From positions 307,950 to 371,949 of the forward strand of contig JAXLZU010000001.1 in the NCBI GenBank assembly GCA_046350735.1: a DNA stretch of 64,000 nt. The letters run 5' to 3'. Shown here piece by piece: positions 1 to 10,361 of the stretch; within the stretch, counting starts at the first letter, position 1; each line of letters opens with the position of its first letter. The notes beneath the pieces were generated by a model. It saw only the letters and a program-made list of their open reading frames with translations, ran no database searches and was not told where the DNA came from. Source of the DNA: Candidatus Saccharimonadota bacterium. Its GTDB lineage: Bacteria > Patescibacteriota > Saccharimonadia > CAILAD01 > BJGX01. The position numbers and the translations under genes are program-made.

Positions 1-1167
1 ATGTTTCTAACAGCCGGTGTGCCAACTACTGCAGCCAGTAAAATTCTAAAAAACTTTGTTCCCCCACACTCTGCGACGGTAATAGATAAGCTAAAATCGG
101 CTGGTGCGATAGTAATTGCAAAGGTTAATCAAGATGAATTTGCCCATGGTGGTAGTACCGAAAATTCTGCTTACAAAAAAACTGCTAACCCATGGAATAG
201 AAACCATGTACCAGGGGGTAGTAGTGGCGGGAGTGCTGCAGCGGTAGCGGCCGACTTTGGTATTTTTAGTCTGGGCACAGATACCGGTGGTTCTATCCGT
301 CAACCTGCTAGTTATTGTGGAGTAACAGGCCTCAAGCCCACTTATGGTCGAGTAAGTCGGTATGGCGTGGTAGCGATGGCTAGCAGTTTTGACTGTATTG
401 GCCCATTAGCACGCAGCGCAGAAGATGCAGAGATAGTACTCAAAGCAATAGAGGGCAGGGATGTAATGGACTCGACAACTATACCTCCTAATTTTAAGGC
501 CAATCATTCGGGTCAATACAAAGTTGGTATTGCAGCAGGGTATACAGACAATATTGTTATGGATGCAATTAGGCAGCATTATCCTAACACAGCAGAAGTA
601 GAATTACCAAGTGGTGAGCTTGCCTTGGCTGCATATTATGTACTTGTGCCTTCAGAAATTAGTAGTAATTTAGAACGATATGATGGTATTCGTTATGGCG
701 CACGCTCTAAAGCTACCAACCTAAATGATACCTATACCAAAACCCGGGATGAATTTTTTGGACCAGAAGTAAAGCGTCGAAATATGATTGGAACATATTC
801 ACTCTCGGCCGGGTATTATGACGCCTATTATGAGAAAGCTATGCGTGTACGAACAGTGTTGCGTGAGCAATTTAATACTGCCTTTGAAGCTTGTGATGTT
901 ATTGTTACACCTACCACACTAGGGCCGGCTTTTGCTTTTGGTGCCAAGGCAGACCCACTAAATATGTACAAAGAAGATATCTTAACAGTATCGAGTAACT
1001 TGGCTGGCCTACCTGCTATTAGCATACCGGCAGGTTTTGACGAGGCAACTAAGCTACCACTCGGCTTACAAATAATTGGTCGCCAGGGCGATGATGCAAC
1101 GGTGTTAGAAATTGCCAAACAAATTCAAGCCAAAACAGACTGGCACCAGAGGAGACCAAAACTATGA
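1..1167 (+). CDS. gatA: Asp-tRNA(Asn)/Glu-tRNA(Gln) amidotransferase subunit A (5' end outside window)
   Basis: Amidase signature PGGSSGGSAAAVAA and GTDTGGSIRQPA; SNLERYDGIRYG; upstream of gatB. The N-terminus is missing, so the first M is probably internal. Confidence 0.95.
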   Translation: MFLTAGVPTTAASKILKNFVPPHSATVIDKLKSAGAIVIAKVNQDEFAHGGSTENSAYKKTANPWNRNHVPGGSSGGSAAAVAADFGIFSLGTDTGGSIRQPASYCGVTGLKPTYGRVSRYGVVAMASSFDCIGPLARSAEDAEIVLKAIEGRDVMDSTTIPPNFKANHSGQYKVGIAAGYTDNIVMDAIRQHYPNTAEVELPSGELALAAYYVLVPSEISSNLERYDGIRYGARSKATNLNDTYTKTRDEFFGPEVKRRNMIGTYSLSAGYYDAYYEKAMRVRTVLREQFNTAFEACDVIVTPTTLGPAFAFGAKADPLNMYKEDILTVSSNLAGLPAISIPAGFDEATKLPLGLQIIGRQGDDATVLEIAKQIQAKTDWHQRRPKL

Positions 1168-1634
1168 GTTATATTTCGTTAATTATCGCGGTGATAGTAA
1201 TAAGCGTGCTTATTTATTTTCTTATGAAGAGTAAAGCGAGCGACAAACGAGTGTTTAACCCAGATAAAATGAACCGCACAAGCTCGCAAGACAATTCTGT
1301 AACTTCTGGAGTTAACGTTGAACTTGTAAAAACCAAGTGGAGCGAAATTAGTGCCATGCAAAACTCTGGCGCAGCCGGCTTAAAGAATGCACTAATAGAA
1401 GCCGATAAGTTGCTCGACTACGTAATGATACAAAAAGGCTTTAGTGGAGAGACCATGGGAGAGCGCCTAAAGAGTGGCGGCTCGGCATTTAGTAATCTTA
1501 ATGCTATTTGGGCAGCACATAAACTCCGCAACCAAATGGCTCATGAGATAGAGCACGATGTAGTAGCTACTCAGTTTAAGCAAGCTATTACTGATCTTGG
1601 GCAGGGTATACGAGATTTGGGAGTTAGTTTGTAG
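1164..1634 (+). CDS. Hypothetical protein with N-terminal membrane anchor
   Basis: 156 aa ORF overlapping both gatA and gatB; hydrophobic N-terminus; ALIEADKLLD...AHKLRNQMAHE motif. Confidence 0.8.
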   Translation: MSYISLIIAVIVISVLIYFLMKSKASDKRVFNPDKMNRTSSQDNSVTSGVNVELVKTKWSEISAMQNSGAAGLKNALIEADKLLDYVMIQKGFSGETMGERLKSGGSAFSNLNAIWAAHKLRNQMAHEIEHDVVATQFKQAITDLGQGIRDLGVSL

Positions 1635-3073
1635 TGGCAAAACAGTATACGCCTACCATTGGTATAGAAATTCACGTACAGCTCGCTACCAAGACCAAAA
1701 TGTTTTGTGCGTGCGATAATAACAGTAGAAGTGCCAAGCCTAATACTAATGTTTGTCCGGTCTGTATGGCTTTTCCGGGTAGTTTGCCCGTAGTTAATAA
1801 AGGCGCTATAGAACTTGCAATAAAGCTAGGGTATGGACTAAATGCTGAGATAGCCAAGACTACTAGCTTTGATCGTAAAAATTATTTTTATCCAGATAGT
1901 CCAAAAGGTTACCAAATTACACAGATGAGAGAGCCAATAATTGGTGAGGGGCATATAGAAATTCTCGTTGATAACGAATTTAAGAAAATTGGTATTCATC
2001 ATGCACACCTAGAAGAAGATGCAGGTAAGTCTACACATCCGGCTGGCAAAGATTATAGCTTGGTAGATTTTAATCGTGCTGGAACACCACTAGTAGAGAT
2101 TGTTTCGGAGCCAGATATGCATAGCCCAACCGAGGCCAAACGTTACCTGCAAGAGGTATATGCCATTGCTACTACACTGGGTGTAAGCGATGGTGATATG
2201 GAGCATGGTAATTTTAAATTCGATCTTAATGTTTCGGTAAGTAACAGTAATGAGCTAGGTACACGCACCGAGCTGAAAAATCTTAACTCATTTAGGAATG
2301 CCGAACGTGCCCTAAACTATGAGATTGCAAGACAAATAGAAGTATTAGAGAGTGGTGAAAAAGTAGTACAAGAAACACGCGGCTGGAATGACGCCAAGGG
2401 CAAAACTGTTCCTCAACGCACAAAAGAAGAAGCTAATGACTATCGATACTTCCCCGAGCCAGATATTCCGCCTATTAATATAGACAAAGAGTTTATTAAT
2501 AGCATTCAAACAGAAGCAAAGAAAGAAGTGTTACCAATTACGGTTCGTCGCGAACTGCTAAATCTAGGTCTAAATACCGATGAGCAAGATATTTTGGTAG
2601 GGCAAACCAAAACCCGAACTATCTTTTATGATGCCAAAAATGTACTGAATAATAGCAAGCTAGAACGTAAGATTGTTAATTGGTTGGTTGGTGACTATCA
2701 GGCGTGGAAGAGCGAAAATAGCGAGGCCAACTCAAAACTGACCGGTCAACATTTGGCAGAGTTAATTTCTTTAATAGAAGAAGGCACTATTTCTTCTAAA
2801 ACAGCCAAAGAAATATTTGCTGATGTTATTGCTGGGCAAAAACCAGCAGAAATTATTCAAGCAAAAGGGCTTACCCAGATGAGTGACGACTCAGAGCTCG
2901 AATCAATTATTACTGGTATTATTGCTAAAAACCCCCAGGCTGTTGCAGATTATAAGTCGGGCAACGAAAAAGCTGCAGGATTTTTTGTGGGTCAGGTAAT
3001 GGCGGCTACAAAAGGTCAGGCAAATCCGGGCAAGGCCAATGCGCTTGTGCTAAAATTATTACAAGAGCAGTAA
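1634..3073 (+). CDS. gatB: Asp-tRNA(Asn)/Glu-tRNA(Gln) amidotransferase subunit B
   Basis: IGIEIHVQL, FDRKNYFYPD, HLEEDAGKS, DYRYFPEPD motifs; GTG start. Confidence 0.97.
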   Translation: MAKQYTPTIGIEIHVQLATKTKMFCACDNNSRSAKPNTNVCPVCMAFPGSLPVVNKGAIELAIKLGYGLNAEIAKTTSFDRKNYFYPDSPKGYQITQMREPIIGEGHIEILVDNEFKKIGIHHAHLEEDAGKSTHPAGKDYSLVDFNRAGTPLVEIVSEPDMHSPTEAKRYLQEVYAIATTLGVSDGDMEHGNFKFDLNVSVSNSNELGTRTELKNLNSFRNAERALNYEIARQIEVLESGEKVVQETRGWNDAKGKTVPQRTKEEANDYRYFPEPDIPPINIDKEFINSIQTEAKKEVLPITVRRELLNLGLNTDEQDILVGQTKTRTIFYDAKNVLNNSKLERKIVNWLVGDYQAWKSENSEANSKLTGQHLAELISLIEEGTISSKTAKEIFADVIAGQKPAEIIQAKGLTQMSDDSELESIITGIIAKNPQAVADYKSGNEKAAGFFVGQVMAATKGQANPGKANALVLKLLQEQ

Positions 3074-3089
3074 TAATTTCTTACCCCCA

Positions 3090-3716
3090 ATGAATGATTT
3101 TGTAGTAATTAATACCCAGAATGCCATGAACCAGCTTAACACTGGCTTTGTTACCTATGGGCCTCGAATTATTCGTGCAGTGTTGTTTGCTATTGTTGGT
3201 GTTATACTGATACGTTTACTTTCTTATTTATTTGAGAGGGTGTTGGGGTACGTTAAATTTTCTTTTGGTCTCAAAGAAATACTACAAATTATTATCCAGG
3301 GTATTTTGTGGGTATTGCTTGGCATTGGCACACTACAAATTCTTGGCCTAGGTAATATTGCCCTAACTGTAGGTGCTTTAGCGGCGGCATTTTCTTTTGG
3401 TATTTCACAAGGTATATCACCAACTGTTAAAGATTTAGTTTCTGGACTTCAACTAAGTAGCGACCATGACTTTAGGGTGGGAGATAAGGTTATTGTTGGT
3501 ACTAAAGACGAGCGGGCTGAAGGCTATATACTCGAGATGGATGTTAAAAAAACTCGTATTATCGATAAGCATGGCAATTTACATGTGGTACCCAACTCGG
3601 TTGTAGACGAGAATGAGTGGATTTTGCTTGAGCGTGATGAAGCAACATATGAGCATATGCAGAGGGCAGACGTCTTGCAGGCAATACATTACAAGATAAA
3701 TAAACATCATAAATAA
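3090..3716 (+). CDS. Small-conductance mechanosensitive channel (MscS family)
   Basis: Three TM segments followed by FRVGDKV...G...VVPNS beta domain. Confidence 0.8.
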   Translation: MNDFVVINTQNAMNQLNTGFVTYGPRIIRAVLFAIVGVILIRLLSYLFERVLGYVKFSFGLKEILQIIIQGILWVLLGIGTLQILGLGNIALTVGALAAAFSFGISQGISPTVKDLVSGLQLSSDHDFRVGDKVIVGTKDERAEGYILEMDVKKTRIIDKHGNLHVVPNSVVDENEWILLERDEATYEHMQRADVLQAIHYKINKHHK

Positions 3717-3780
3717 TTTTTACATACTTCTTTACAAGTGGTAGTATAAAGATATACTTAACATTTGCGAGGAGCTTTTT

Positions 3781-4053
3781 ATGAACACACTACTTATTGT
3801 ATTGATTACGCTAGTTTCGGTGGCATTAATAATTCTTATTATTTATACTGTTGTATTCTTAGTACTGCTTGTTAAAGCACTTAAGCAAGTTCGTTTGGCT
3901 GCCAATAAGGTGCAAGAAAGTGCTGACCAAGCATCAGAATTGGTCGATGAAGTACGCAGAACAGTGGTTAACCCAGGAATTATTGCGATGATGATAGAAA
4001 AGTATTTACACAAGGCTAGTAAACGTTCGCGAAAGGGGAAAAGTGATGAGTAA
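3781..4053 (+). CDS. Small membrane protein (DUF948-like)
   Basis: N-terminal TM helix plus coiled coil; SD GAGGAG; directly precedes a YtxH-like gene. Confidence 0.65.
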   Translation: MNTLLIVLITLVSVALIILIIYTVVFLVLLVKALKQVRLAANKVQESADQASELVDEVRRTVVNPGIIAMMIEKYLHKASKRSRKGKSDE

Positions 4054-4525
4054 AGAAAAAGGCTTTTTTAAGGGAGTAATTATTGGCGGCCTTGTCGCTG
4101 GTACGGCAGCATTATTGTTTGCCCCTAAGAGCGGTAAAGAAACTCGCGAAGACCTAAAGAAACGCTGCGAAGAGTCTCGCGCCGAATTGCAGGCCAAGAT
4201 TAATACTGCCAAAAAAACTGGCGATAAAGTTACCAAAGAAAAGATAGAGCAGGCCGAAAAACTTGCTGCCGAGCTTTCTCGCAAAAGCGCCGAACTCTCA
4301 AAGTCTTCTAAAAAGGTAGGTAAAGTTGCTGCTGAAGAGACCAAGGTGTTAACAAAGCAGGCAGCCGAGCTTGCACTAGAATTGGCAGAATCTTCTAAAA
4401 AAATTTATGCCACCGGTAAAAAAGAAGCTGCTCGTATGCAACGGGCAAGCGCGCGCGCAGCCGAAAAAAGCAAAGCCGAAATGGCCAAAGCTACTAAATC
4501 TGTCACTAAGTCTGCTAAGAAATAA
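4046..4525 (+). CDS. YtxH domain-containing protein
   Basis: GVIIGGLVAGTAALLFAPKSGKETR motif followed by a Lys/Ala-rich helical tail. Confidence 0.85.
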   Translation: MSKEKGFFKGVIIGGLVAGTAALLFAPKSGKETREDLKKRCEESRAELQAKINTAKKTGDKVTKEKIEQAEKLAAELSRKSAELSKSSKKVGKVAAEETKVLTKQAAELALELAESSKKIYATGKKEAARMQRASARAAEKSKAEMAKATKSVTKSAKK

Positions 4526-4530
4526 TTTAA

Positions 4531-4788
4531 GTGGTCAACAAACAGTCTCCTGATGCTAATAAAGAAATAATAGCTAGCTTGGGTCTCGAGCAAATTAACG
4601 AGTTGCTTGGTAACAAGAAAAAGTTATGGTGGCTGAATTTTCAGACCGGATTTGTACGTGGGTTTGCTGGCGTGCTCGGTGCAGCAGTAATAATTGTACT
4701 TATCGGGTTTTTGGTAACAGTCTTTGGCGGCCTACCATATATTGGCCATATCTTACAGCAAATTGGTGCTGCAACCCAAGCAAAATAA
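4531..4788 (+). CDS. Small membrane protein (DUF5665-like)
   Basis: LNFQTGFVRGFAGVLGAAV...LPYIG pattern. Confidence 0.65.
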   Translation: MVNKQSPDANKEIIASLGLEQINELLGNKKKLWWLNFQTGFVRGFAGVLGAAVIIVLIGFLVTVFGGLPYIGHILQQIGAATQAK

Positions 4789-4855
4789 TCTTTGCTATTC
4801 ATCCTCGTCACTGGTAAAAGCTATCGTGGTAAAATAGATATACAAATGGAGGGTA

Positions 4856-7800
4856 ATGGCAGACGCTATTAAAGTAGGTGAGAATGAAATAATTAACAAA
4901 GCTCGGTCTGAGAAGGGGTTTGTTGATTTTGTGCATTTACACACCCATACTCATTACAGCTTGCTCGATGGCTTACAAAAAGTACCAGACTTGGTTAATC
5001 ATATAGAAAGTCTTGGTCAGAATGCCTGTGCTATTACCGACCATGGTACGCTTTCTGGCGCAATTGAGTTTTATAAAGCCTGCAAAGAGAAGGGTATTAA
5101 ACCAATAATAGGTATCGAAACCTACGTTGCCCCTCGTACTCATTTAGACAAAAACAGTGCAGAAGATAGAACACCATTTCACCTTACGCTCTTAGCTGAG
5201 AATATGCAGGGCTATAAAAATCTAATGAAGCTAAGTACGATAGCCAATCTAGAAGGGTTTTATTACAAGCCCCGCATAGACCACGATCTGCTCGAGAAGT
5301 ATAAAGAAGGGCTTATTGTACTCTCTGGTTGTGCAGGTGGTGAGCTAGGCAGTAAGATACTCGATAATAATTATGCCGAAGCAAAAAAAACTGCCGAGTG
5401 GTACAAGCGTGTTTTTGGTAAAGAAAATTATTTCTTAGAGCTACAACCCCACACCGAAGAATTTCAACAAAAAGTTAATACTGGCATTAAGAAGATTGCA
5501 AAAGAGCTCGATCTCAAATTGGTAGCTACTGGCGACTCACACTATTCGATATCCGACCAACATTATGCTCACGATATTTTGCTTTGCGTGCAGACGGGCA
5601 GCACAGTGGATGATGTTAAGCGCATGAAACTAGAGATGGATCTTTCGGTAGCACCTGGTAGTCATTTTGCAGAGTTCTTTAAAGACGTGCCAGAAGCAGT
5701 AAGTAATACAGTAACAATTGCCGAGCGTTGCGAGATAGATATAGAGCTAGGGCAAATCTTAATTCCTCGATTCCCCGATGTACCAAAAGGGAAGACCGAA
5801 AAATCACTATTACGAGAAATGGTGTTTGCTGGTGCTGCCAAGCGCTATACTGATTTGCAAGGTGATAACCTTACAGAAGACAAGGTAAAGCCACATTTGC
5901 CGGCAGAGGTATTAGAGCGAATTGAGTTTGAGCTAAAAGTAATTGGCGATATGGGCTATGAGGGTTATATGCTAATTGTGTCAGACCTTATTAATTGGAG
6001 CAAAGACCAAGGTATTGTCTGTGGCCCCGGGCGTGGGTCGGCAGCCGGCAGCATTATTGCTTATGCTACAGCCATTACCGAGCTCGATCCACTAAAGTAC
6101 GATCTTCTATTTGAGCGATTCTTAAATCCCGACCGTATTAGTATGCCAGATATTGATATGGACTACGCCGATGATAGACGAGAAGAAGTAATTAATTATG
6201 CCACTGAAAAATATGGCCAAGAGCGGGTAGCCCAGATAATTACCTTTGGAGTAATGGCTGCCCGTAACGCAGTACGTGATACCGGTCGTGTGCTAGGCTT
6301 ACCGTATGGTGAGGTAGATGCAATTGCTAAAGTAATACCGGCTCCTATTCAGGGTAGGCATGTACCACTAAAAAAATCTATTGTCGACAACCCAGAGCTA
6401 AAGGCAGAGTACACCAATAATCCCAAGGCCAAAGAAGTAATAGATATTGCTATGCAGCTAGAGGGTACTATTCGTAATGCTGGTACTCACGCCGCTGGTG
6501 TCGTAATTGCACCAGAAAATTTAGTAGAATATGTACCGCTTACACGGGCAAGCAAGGGTGGTGTAGCTACTCAGTATTCTATGAACCCTATCGAAGAGCT
6601 AGGTCTACTTAAATTTGATTTTCTTGGCCTTTCTAACCTAACAATTATTAAGAATACACTGCGTATTATTAAGAAGGTGTATGGCAAAGACATCGATGTT
6701 AATGACATTCCTATAGACGATAAAAAGACCTACGAATTATTAAGTAGAGGCGATACCACTGGTGTATTTCAGTTAGAGTCGGCAGGTATGAAGCGCTACA
6801 TTCGAGACCTTAAGCCTGATAGGTTTGAAGATATTATTGCCATGGTGGCATTGTATCGTCCAGGACCAATGCAGTGGATAGAAGACTTTATTAATCGAAA
6901 GCACAACCCTGGCCTTATTACGTATGGTCACCCTAAGATGCAAGATGCTCTAGAGAATACTTATGGCATTATTGTGTATCAAGAACAAGTAATGCAAATT
7001 GCCAAAGATCTTAGTGGCTTTACGGGTGGCCAGGCCGATACGTTACGCAAAGGTATTGGTAAGAAAATTCCCGAAGTAATTGCTAAGATGAAGCAAGAAT
7101 TTGTCGAAGGTGCTATTAAGACCAGCAAGGTAGATGAAAAATTTATTAACGATCTCTGGAAGAGTATCGAAGACTTTGCGGCTTATTGTTTTAACAAAAG
7201 TCATGCTGCGTGTTATGCACTTATTAGTGTGCAGACAGCATACTTAAAGGCGCACTATCCATCAGCATTTATGGCCGCCCTGCTTACCTCAGACCATGAA
7301 AACTTAGACCGTATAGCGATAGAAGTAACAGAGTGTCGTAAGATGGGTATAGAACTATTGCCACCCGACATTAACGAAAGTTTTGCCGAGTTCGCTGTAG
7401 TACCAGAGACTGGCAATATTCGCTTTGGCTTAGGAGCAATAAAAAATGTCGGCTCGGCACCCATTGAGATAATTCTAGAAGCTCGCAAAGAGGGTGGTAA
7501 GTTTCAGAATCTCGAAGATTTTTGCAAGCGTGTAGATGCTAGTGCTATCAACAAAAAAGTAATGGAGTCACTTATAAAGTGTGGTGCCTTTGATGGTATG
7601 GGAGATAGAGATACCTTACTCGAAAGTGTGGAGGTTATTACTGGCTATGCCTCTAGATTGCAAAAAAATGCTCTCAGTGGGCAAATAGATATTTTTGGCT
7701 CAATGGGTAAGCCCGAAGAAACTCCGCCACTCCGCCTCGTACCGCCAAGTGGTAAGGTAGACCCCCGCACACATTTAATGTGGGAGAAAGAACTTATGGG

Positions 7801-8479
7801 CTTGTTTGTTAGTAGCCATCCATTGGATGATTTTCGTAATTATCTAACATCTAAGGCACAAAGTATAACTAAGTTTTCTAAAATGGATGATGGTGCAGAG
7901 ATTACCATTGGTGGAATTGTAACTGGATTACGCCAAATTTATACTCGCAATAACGATGCCATGGCATTTGTGCAGCTCGAAACGCTCGATAGTGATGTAG
8001 AAGTAGTGGTTTTTCCACGCGTTTGGGAAAAGAGTAAAGACCATCTGGCGGTTGATAGCGTAGTACTAATTACCGGCAAGATTAATGCCAAAGACAGAGA
8101 AGGTAAGTTGGTAGACGAGCTTAAAGTTTTGGCCGATAGCGTTAAGCCCACAGTAGCTGAGACAGCACGTATGTTTCCGCCACCAGAACAGACTATTGAG
8201 GGTGCAGTTGCACAAGAAGATTTGCCTAATGAAAATATTGAGAGTATTACTATTAGCTTGCAGTCTACTACAGAGGGCGAGAAACTCTTACTTATTAAGC
8301 GACACCTAGAAGCCCACAAAGGCAGTGTGCCAATTATGCTATATTTTGCAGCAACATCGCAAAACCTACGCTTGCCTGGCGGTATTGATGGGTCAGAGAG
8401 TTTAATTGCCGGGCTAATAGAGATAGTTGGTGAGAGTAATGTGGTTATCAAAAAGAAACCCACACCAGTGTCTTCTTAA
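4856..8479 (+). CDS. dnaE: DNA polymerase III alpha subunit
   Basis: PHP domain FVHLHTHTHYSLLDG; GPGRGSAAGS; MPDIDMD; FNKSHA; C-terminal OB fold. Confidence 0.98.
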   Translation: MADAIKVGENEIINKARSEKGFVDFVHLHTHTHYSLLDGLQKVPDLVNHIESLGQNACAITDHGTLSGAIEFYKACKEKGIKPIIGIETYVAPRTHLDKNSAEDRTPFHLTLLAENMQGYKNLMKLSTIANLEGFYYKPRIDHDLLEKYKEGLIVLSGCAGGELGSKILDNNYAEAKKTAEWYKRVFGKENYFLELQPHTEEFQQKVNTGIKKIAKELDLKLVATGDSHYSISDQHYAHDILLCVQTGSTVDDVKRMKLEMDLSVAPGSHFAEFFKDVPEAVSNTVTIAERCEIDIELGQILIPRFPDVPKGKTEKSLLREMVFAGAAKRYTDLQGDNLTEDKVKPHLPAEVLERIEFELKVIGDMGYEGYMLIVSDLINWSKDQGIVCGPGRGSAAGSIIAYATAITELDPLKYDLLFERFLNPDRISMPDIDMDYADDRREEVINYATEKYGQERVAQIITFGVMAARNAVRDTGRVLGLPYGEVDAIAKVIPAPIQGRHVPLKKSIVDNPELKAEYTNNPKAKEVIDIAMQLEGTIRNAGTHAAGVVIAPENLVEYVPLTRASKGGVATQYSMNPIEELGLLKFDFLGLSNLTIIKNTLRIIKKVYGKDIDVNDIPIDDKKTYELLSRGDTTGVFQLESAGMKRYIRDLKPDRFEDIIAMVALYRPGPMQWIEDFINRKHNPGLITYGHPKMQDALENTYGIIVYQEQVMQIAKDLSGFTGGQADTLRKGIGKKIPEVIAKMKQEFVEGAIKTSKVDEKFINDLWKSIEDFAAYCFNKSHAACYALISVQTAYLKAHYPSAFMAALLTSDHENLDRIAIEVTECRKMGIELLPPDINESFAEFAVVPETGNIRFGLGAIKNVGSAPIEIILEARKEGGKFQNLEDFCKRVDASAINKKVMESLIKCGAFDGMGDRDTLLESVEVITGYASRLQKNALSGQIDIFGSMGKPEETPPLRLVPPSGKVDPRTHLMWEKELMGLFVSSHPLDDFRNYLTSKAQSITKFSKMDDGAEITIGGIVTGLRQIYTRNNDAMAFVQLETLDSDVEVVVFPRVWEKSKDHLAVDSVVLITGKINAKDREGKLVDELKVLADSVKPTVAETARMFPPPEQTIEGAVAQEDLPNENIESITISLQSTTEGEKLLLIKRHLEAHKGSVPIMLYFAATSQNLRLPGGIDGSESLIAGLIEIVGESNVVIKKKPTPVSS

Positions 8480-8512
8480 ATAAAAAAACCGAAGCATTAG
8501 CTTCGGTAAAAA
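8479..8512. terminator. Bidirectional hairpin terminator between dnaE and an antisense unit
   Basis: accgaagc-atta-gcttcggt flanked by A-runs; on the minus strand it ends GGTTTTTTTATTT. Confidence 0.8.
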
Positions 8513-8516
8513 CAAA

Positions 8517-8870
8517 TTAGTATCTGATCAGACGAGTGCGCAAGGTGTGAGCATCTTTTTGCAAACGAGCAATCTTGGCTCGCAGTGCTTCGATTTCGGC
8601 TTCAGCCTTTTGCTTTCTAATTACATAAGATTCGATAGTAGAAGCGCTTAGGCTTTCGTCGCGGAGTTGATCGGCAAACTGACGGTGACGTGCATGTAAC
8701 AACTCGAAATCGTTCTGTGCTTGCACCAGATCGGCCTCGATGCGTGCAAGTGCACGCTGGCGCCTGGCTTGCTTGCCGCGGGTAAGAAGATGTGTTCTGT
8801 ATGCCGCAGCCTGTCTACCAAGATCGGGGTCGTCATTATCAACAAAGGCATATCTATCATGCGCGGCCAT
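8517..8870 (-). CDS. Hypothetical coiled-coil protein (accessory unit)
   Basis: Start moved to MAAHDRY, which follows GCACCT...AAGGAG; visibly GC-richer than the core genes. Confidence 0.65.
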   Translation of the reverse strand: MAAHDRYAFVDNDDPDLGRQAAAYRTHLLTRGKQARRQRALARIEADLVQAQNDFELLHARHRQFADQLRDESLSASTIESYVIRKQKAEAEIEALRAKIARLQKDAHTLRTRLIRY

Positions 8871-8999
8871 CGGTTGCTCCTTTGCGGATGCGAGGTGCTT
8901 GTCGGGGAGATCCCGCCACAAACTTCGATTCGCCAACTTGCGGACTATCAAAATTTCTGGTGGTGCTGCGATGTATCCCTCGCAGCGGGGGGTAATAAA

Positions 9000-9419
9000 T
9001 TAAGCCACCTCAGGAACGAGACGCTCACCCTTCTGGATGAGATCCTTGTTGCTGAGAACACGACCGTCACCAAAGCGTGGAAGCCAGCCGAAGTAGGTAA
9101 TGGCATCTAGGCTGTTGCGAAACAGCCAGTACACCACCACGGTATCCGCTGCATCGGCCACATAGTGGGCGTTACGCTCGAGAGCATAACGCTTGGCATC
9201 GTCATCCACCTTGCGACTAATGACGCTGCAGTAGTAGCGCCACTCTCGGTCGCTGTCGCGCAGACGAAATGCGGCTTGTACCAAGATGATCTCACCCTGG
9301 TAAACGAAGATCATACCCGGCTTAAAGCGAAGCTTTGGTGGCTTTATCTTGCTCTCATCCACCCACATCATGGCGTTGTGGTGAGAGTGAGGAACAGCAA
9401 CTTGCTTTCCTTGGTTCAT
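9000..9419 (-). CDS. Hypothetical protein (accessory unit)
   Basis: 139 aa ORF; SD AGGAG; upstream TTGACT-17-TACAAT on the minus strand. Confidence 0.75.
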   Translation of the reverse strand: MNQGKQVAVPHSHHNAMMWVDESKIKPPKLRFKPGMIFVYQGEIILVQAAFRLRDSDREWRYYCSVISRKVDDDAKRYALERNAHYVADAADTVVVYWLFRNSLDAITYFGWLPRFGDGRVLSNKDLIQKGERLVPEVA

Positions 9420-9585
9420 CTCATACTCTCCTCAAGGGTGCGAACTGTCTTCTCGATTGAGAACCATAGTATTGTATCAGAAAAACACCAAAAAGTCAAT
9501 TATATTAAAACAATTTTTATGTTGCTGCGCTATGTGGGTAAATACTCTTGCCAGAGTTTACCAGATGTGCTACACTATTTGGGTT

Positions 9586-10266
9586 ATGAATCCTATCGCA
9601 ACCCTAGAAGCTAGCCAGAAGAAGGCCAAATTACCAGAAATTCATTCAGGTGATACTGTTAGAGTACACCAGAGAATTACTGAAGGTAAAAAGAGTCGTG
9701 TTCAGGTATTTGAAGGCCTGGTAATTCGTTACAGCAAGGCTGGCAGCTTGCAAGCTATTATTACTGTACGCAAGATAGCTTCTGGTGTAGGGGTAGAAAA
9801 GAGCTGGTTGGTACACAGTCCATCTGTAGAAAAGATTCAAGTTGTGAAACGTAGTAAGGTACGGAGAGCATTTCTTAGCTATATGCGAGATAGAAGTGGT
9901 AAATCGGCTAGATTGGCCGAAATGGGCTTCGATAAAGAAGCTACCAATGCTGCGGATAACCGCACTGCTACCCAAATAGCCGAAGAATCAAAGGCTGCAG
10001 AAGAGGAAGCAAAAATTGCTAAAGAAGAAGAAAAGCTCGACGGCGATAAAGCTGCTAAAAACGATGAAGCCCTCCAAGTAGAAGAAAGTACCGAAGATGT
10101 TGCTAAAGAAGAAGACAAAAAAGCCGCACAAGATGACGCTACTCCAGCCAGTGATAACGAGCCAAAAGATGCTCCAGCTGACGAAAAAGTAAATTCTGAC
10201 GGTAACGACGAGCAACAAGAAGCCGCCGAAGAATTTAAAGACGGCGTAGACAAAGCCGAGAAGTAA
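9586..10266 (+). CDS. rplS: 50S ribosomal protein L19 with long acidic C-terminal extension
   Basis: GDTVRVHQRI.EGKKSRVQVFEG and TVRKIASGVGVEK motifs; ATG 9 nt after TACACT (-35 TTGCCA, 17 bp spacer). Confidence 0.95.
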   Translation: MNPIATLEASQKKAKLPEIHSGDTVRVHQRITEGKKSRVQVFEGLVIRYSKAGSLQAIITVRKIASGVGVEKSWLVHSPSVEKIQVVKRSKVRRAFLSYMRDRSGKSARLAEMGFDKEATNAADNRTATQIAEESKAAEEEAKIAKEEEKLDGDKAAKNDEALQVEESTEDVAKEEDKKAAQDDATPASDNEPKDAPADEKVNSDGNDEQQEAAEEFKDGVDKAEK

Positions 10267-10276
10267 AAACATTATT

Positions 10277-10345
10277 TCTAAAAACATCCCCATAAGAGGA
10301 TGTTTTTAGTTATAAATAAAAAGCCCGAGTAAATAACTCGGGCAA
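10277..10345. terminator. Two back-to-back hairpin terminators
   Basis: aaaaacatcc-ccataaga-ggatgttttt, then gcccgagt-aaata-actcgggc with a minus-strand T-tail. Confidence 0.75.
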
Positions 10346-10361
10346 TAAGTAAGAGTAACAC

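Noticed and set aside
9457-9585. N-terminal extensions given by the ORF track for rplS, and likewise for 8951, 12199, 13290, 50119, 52275, 55254, 59373, 60661 and 62642
   Set aside because: These extensions run through promoter or leader sequence. Downstream starts with an SD, leaderless geometry or translational coupling fit better.
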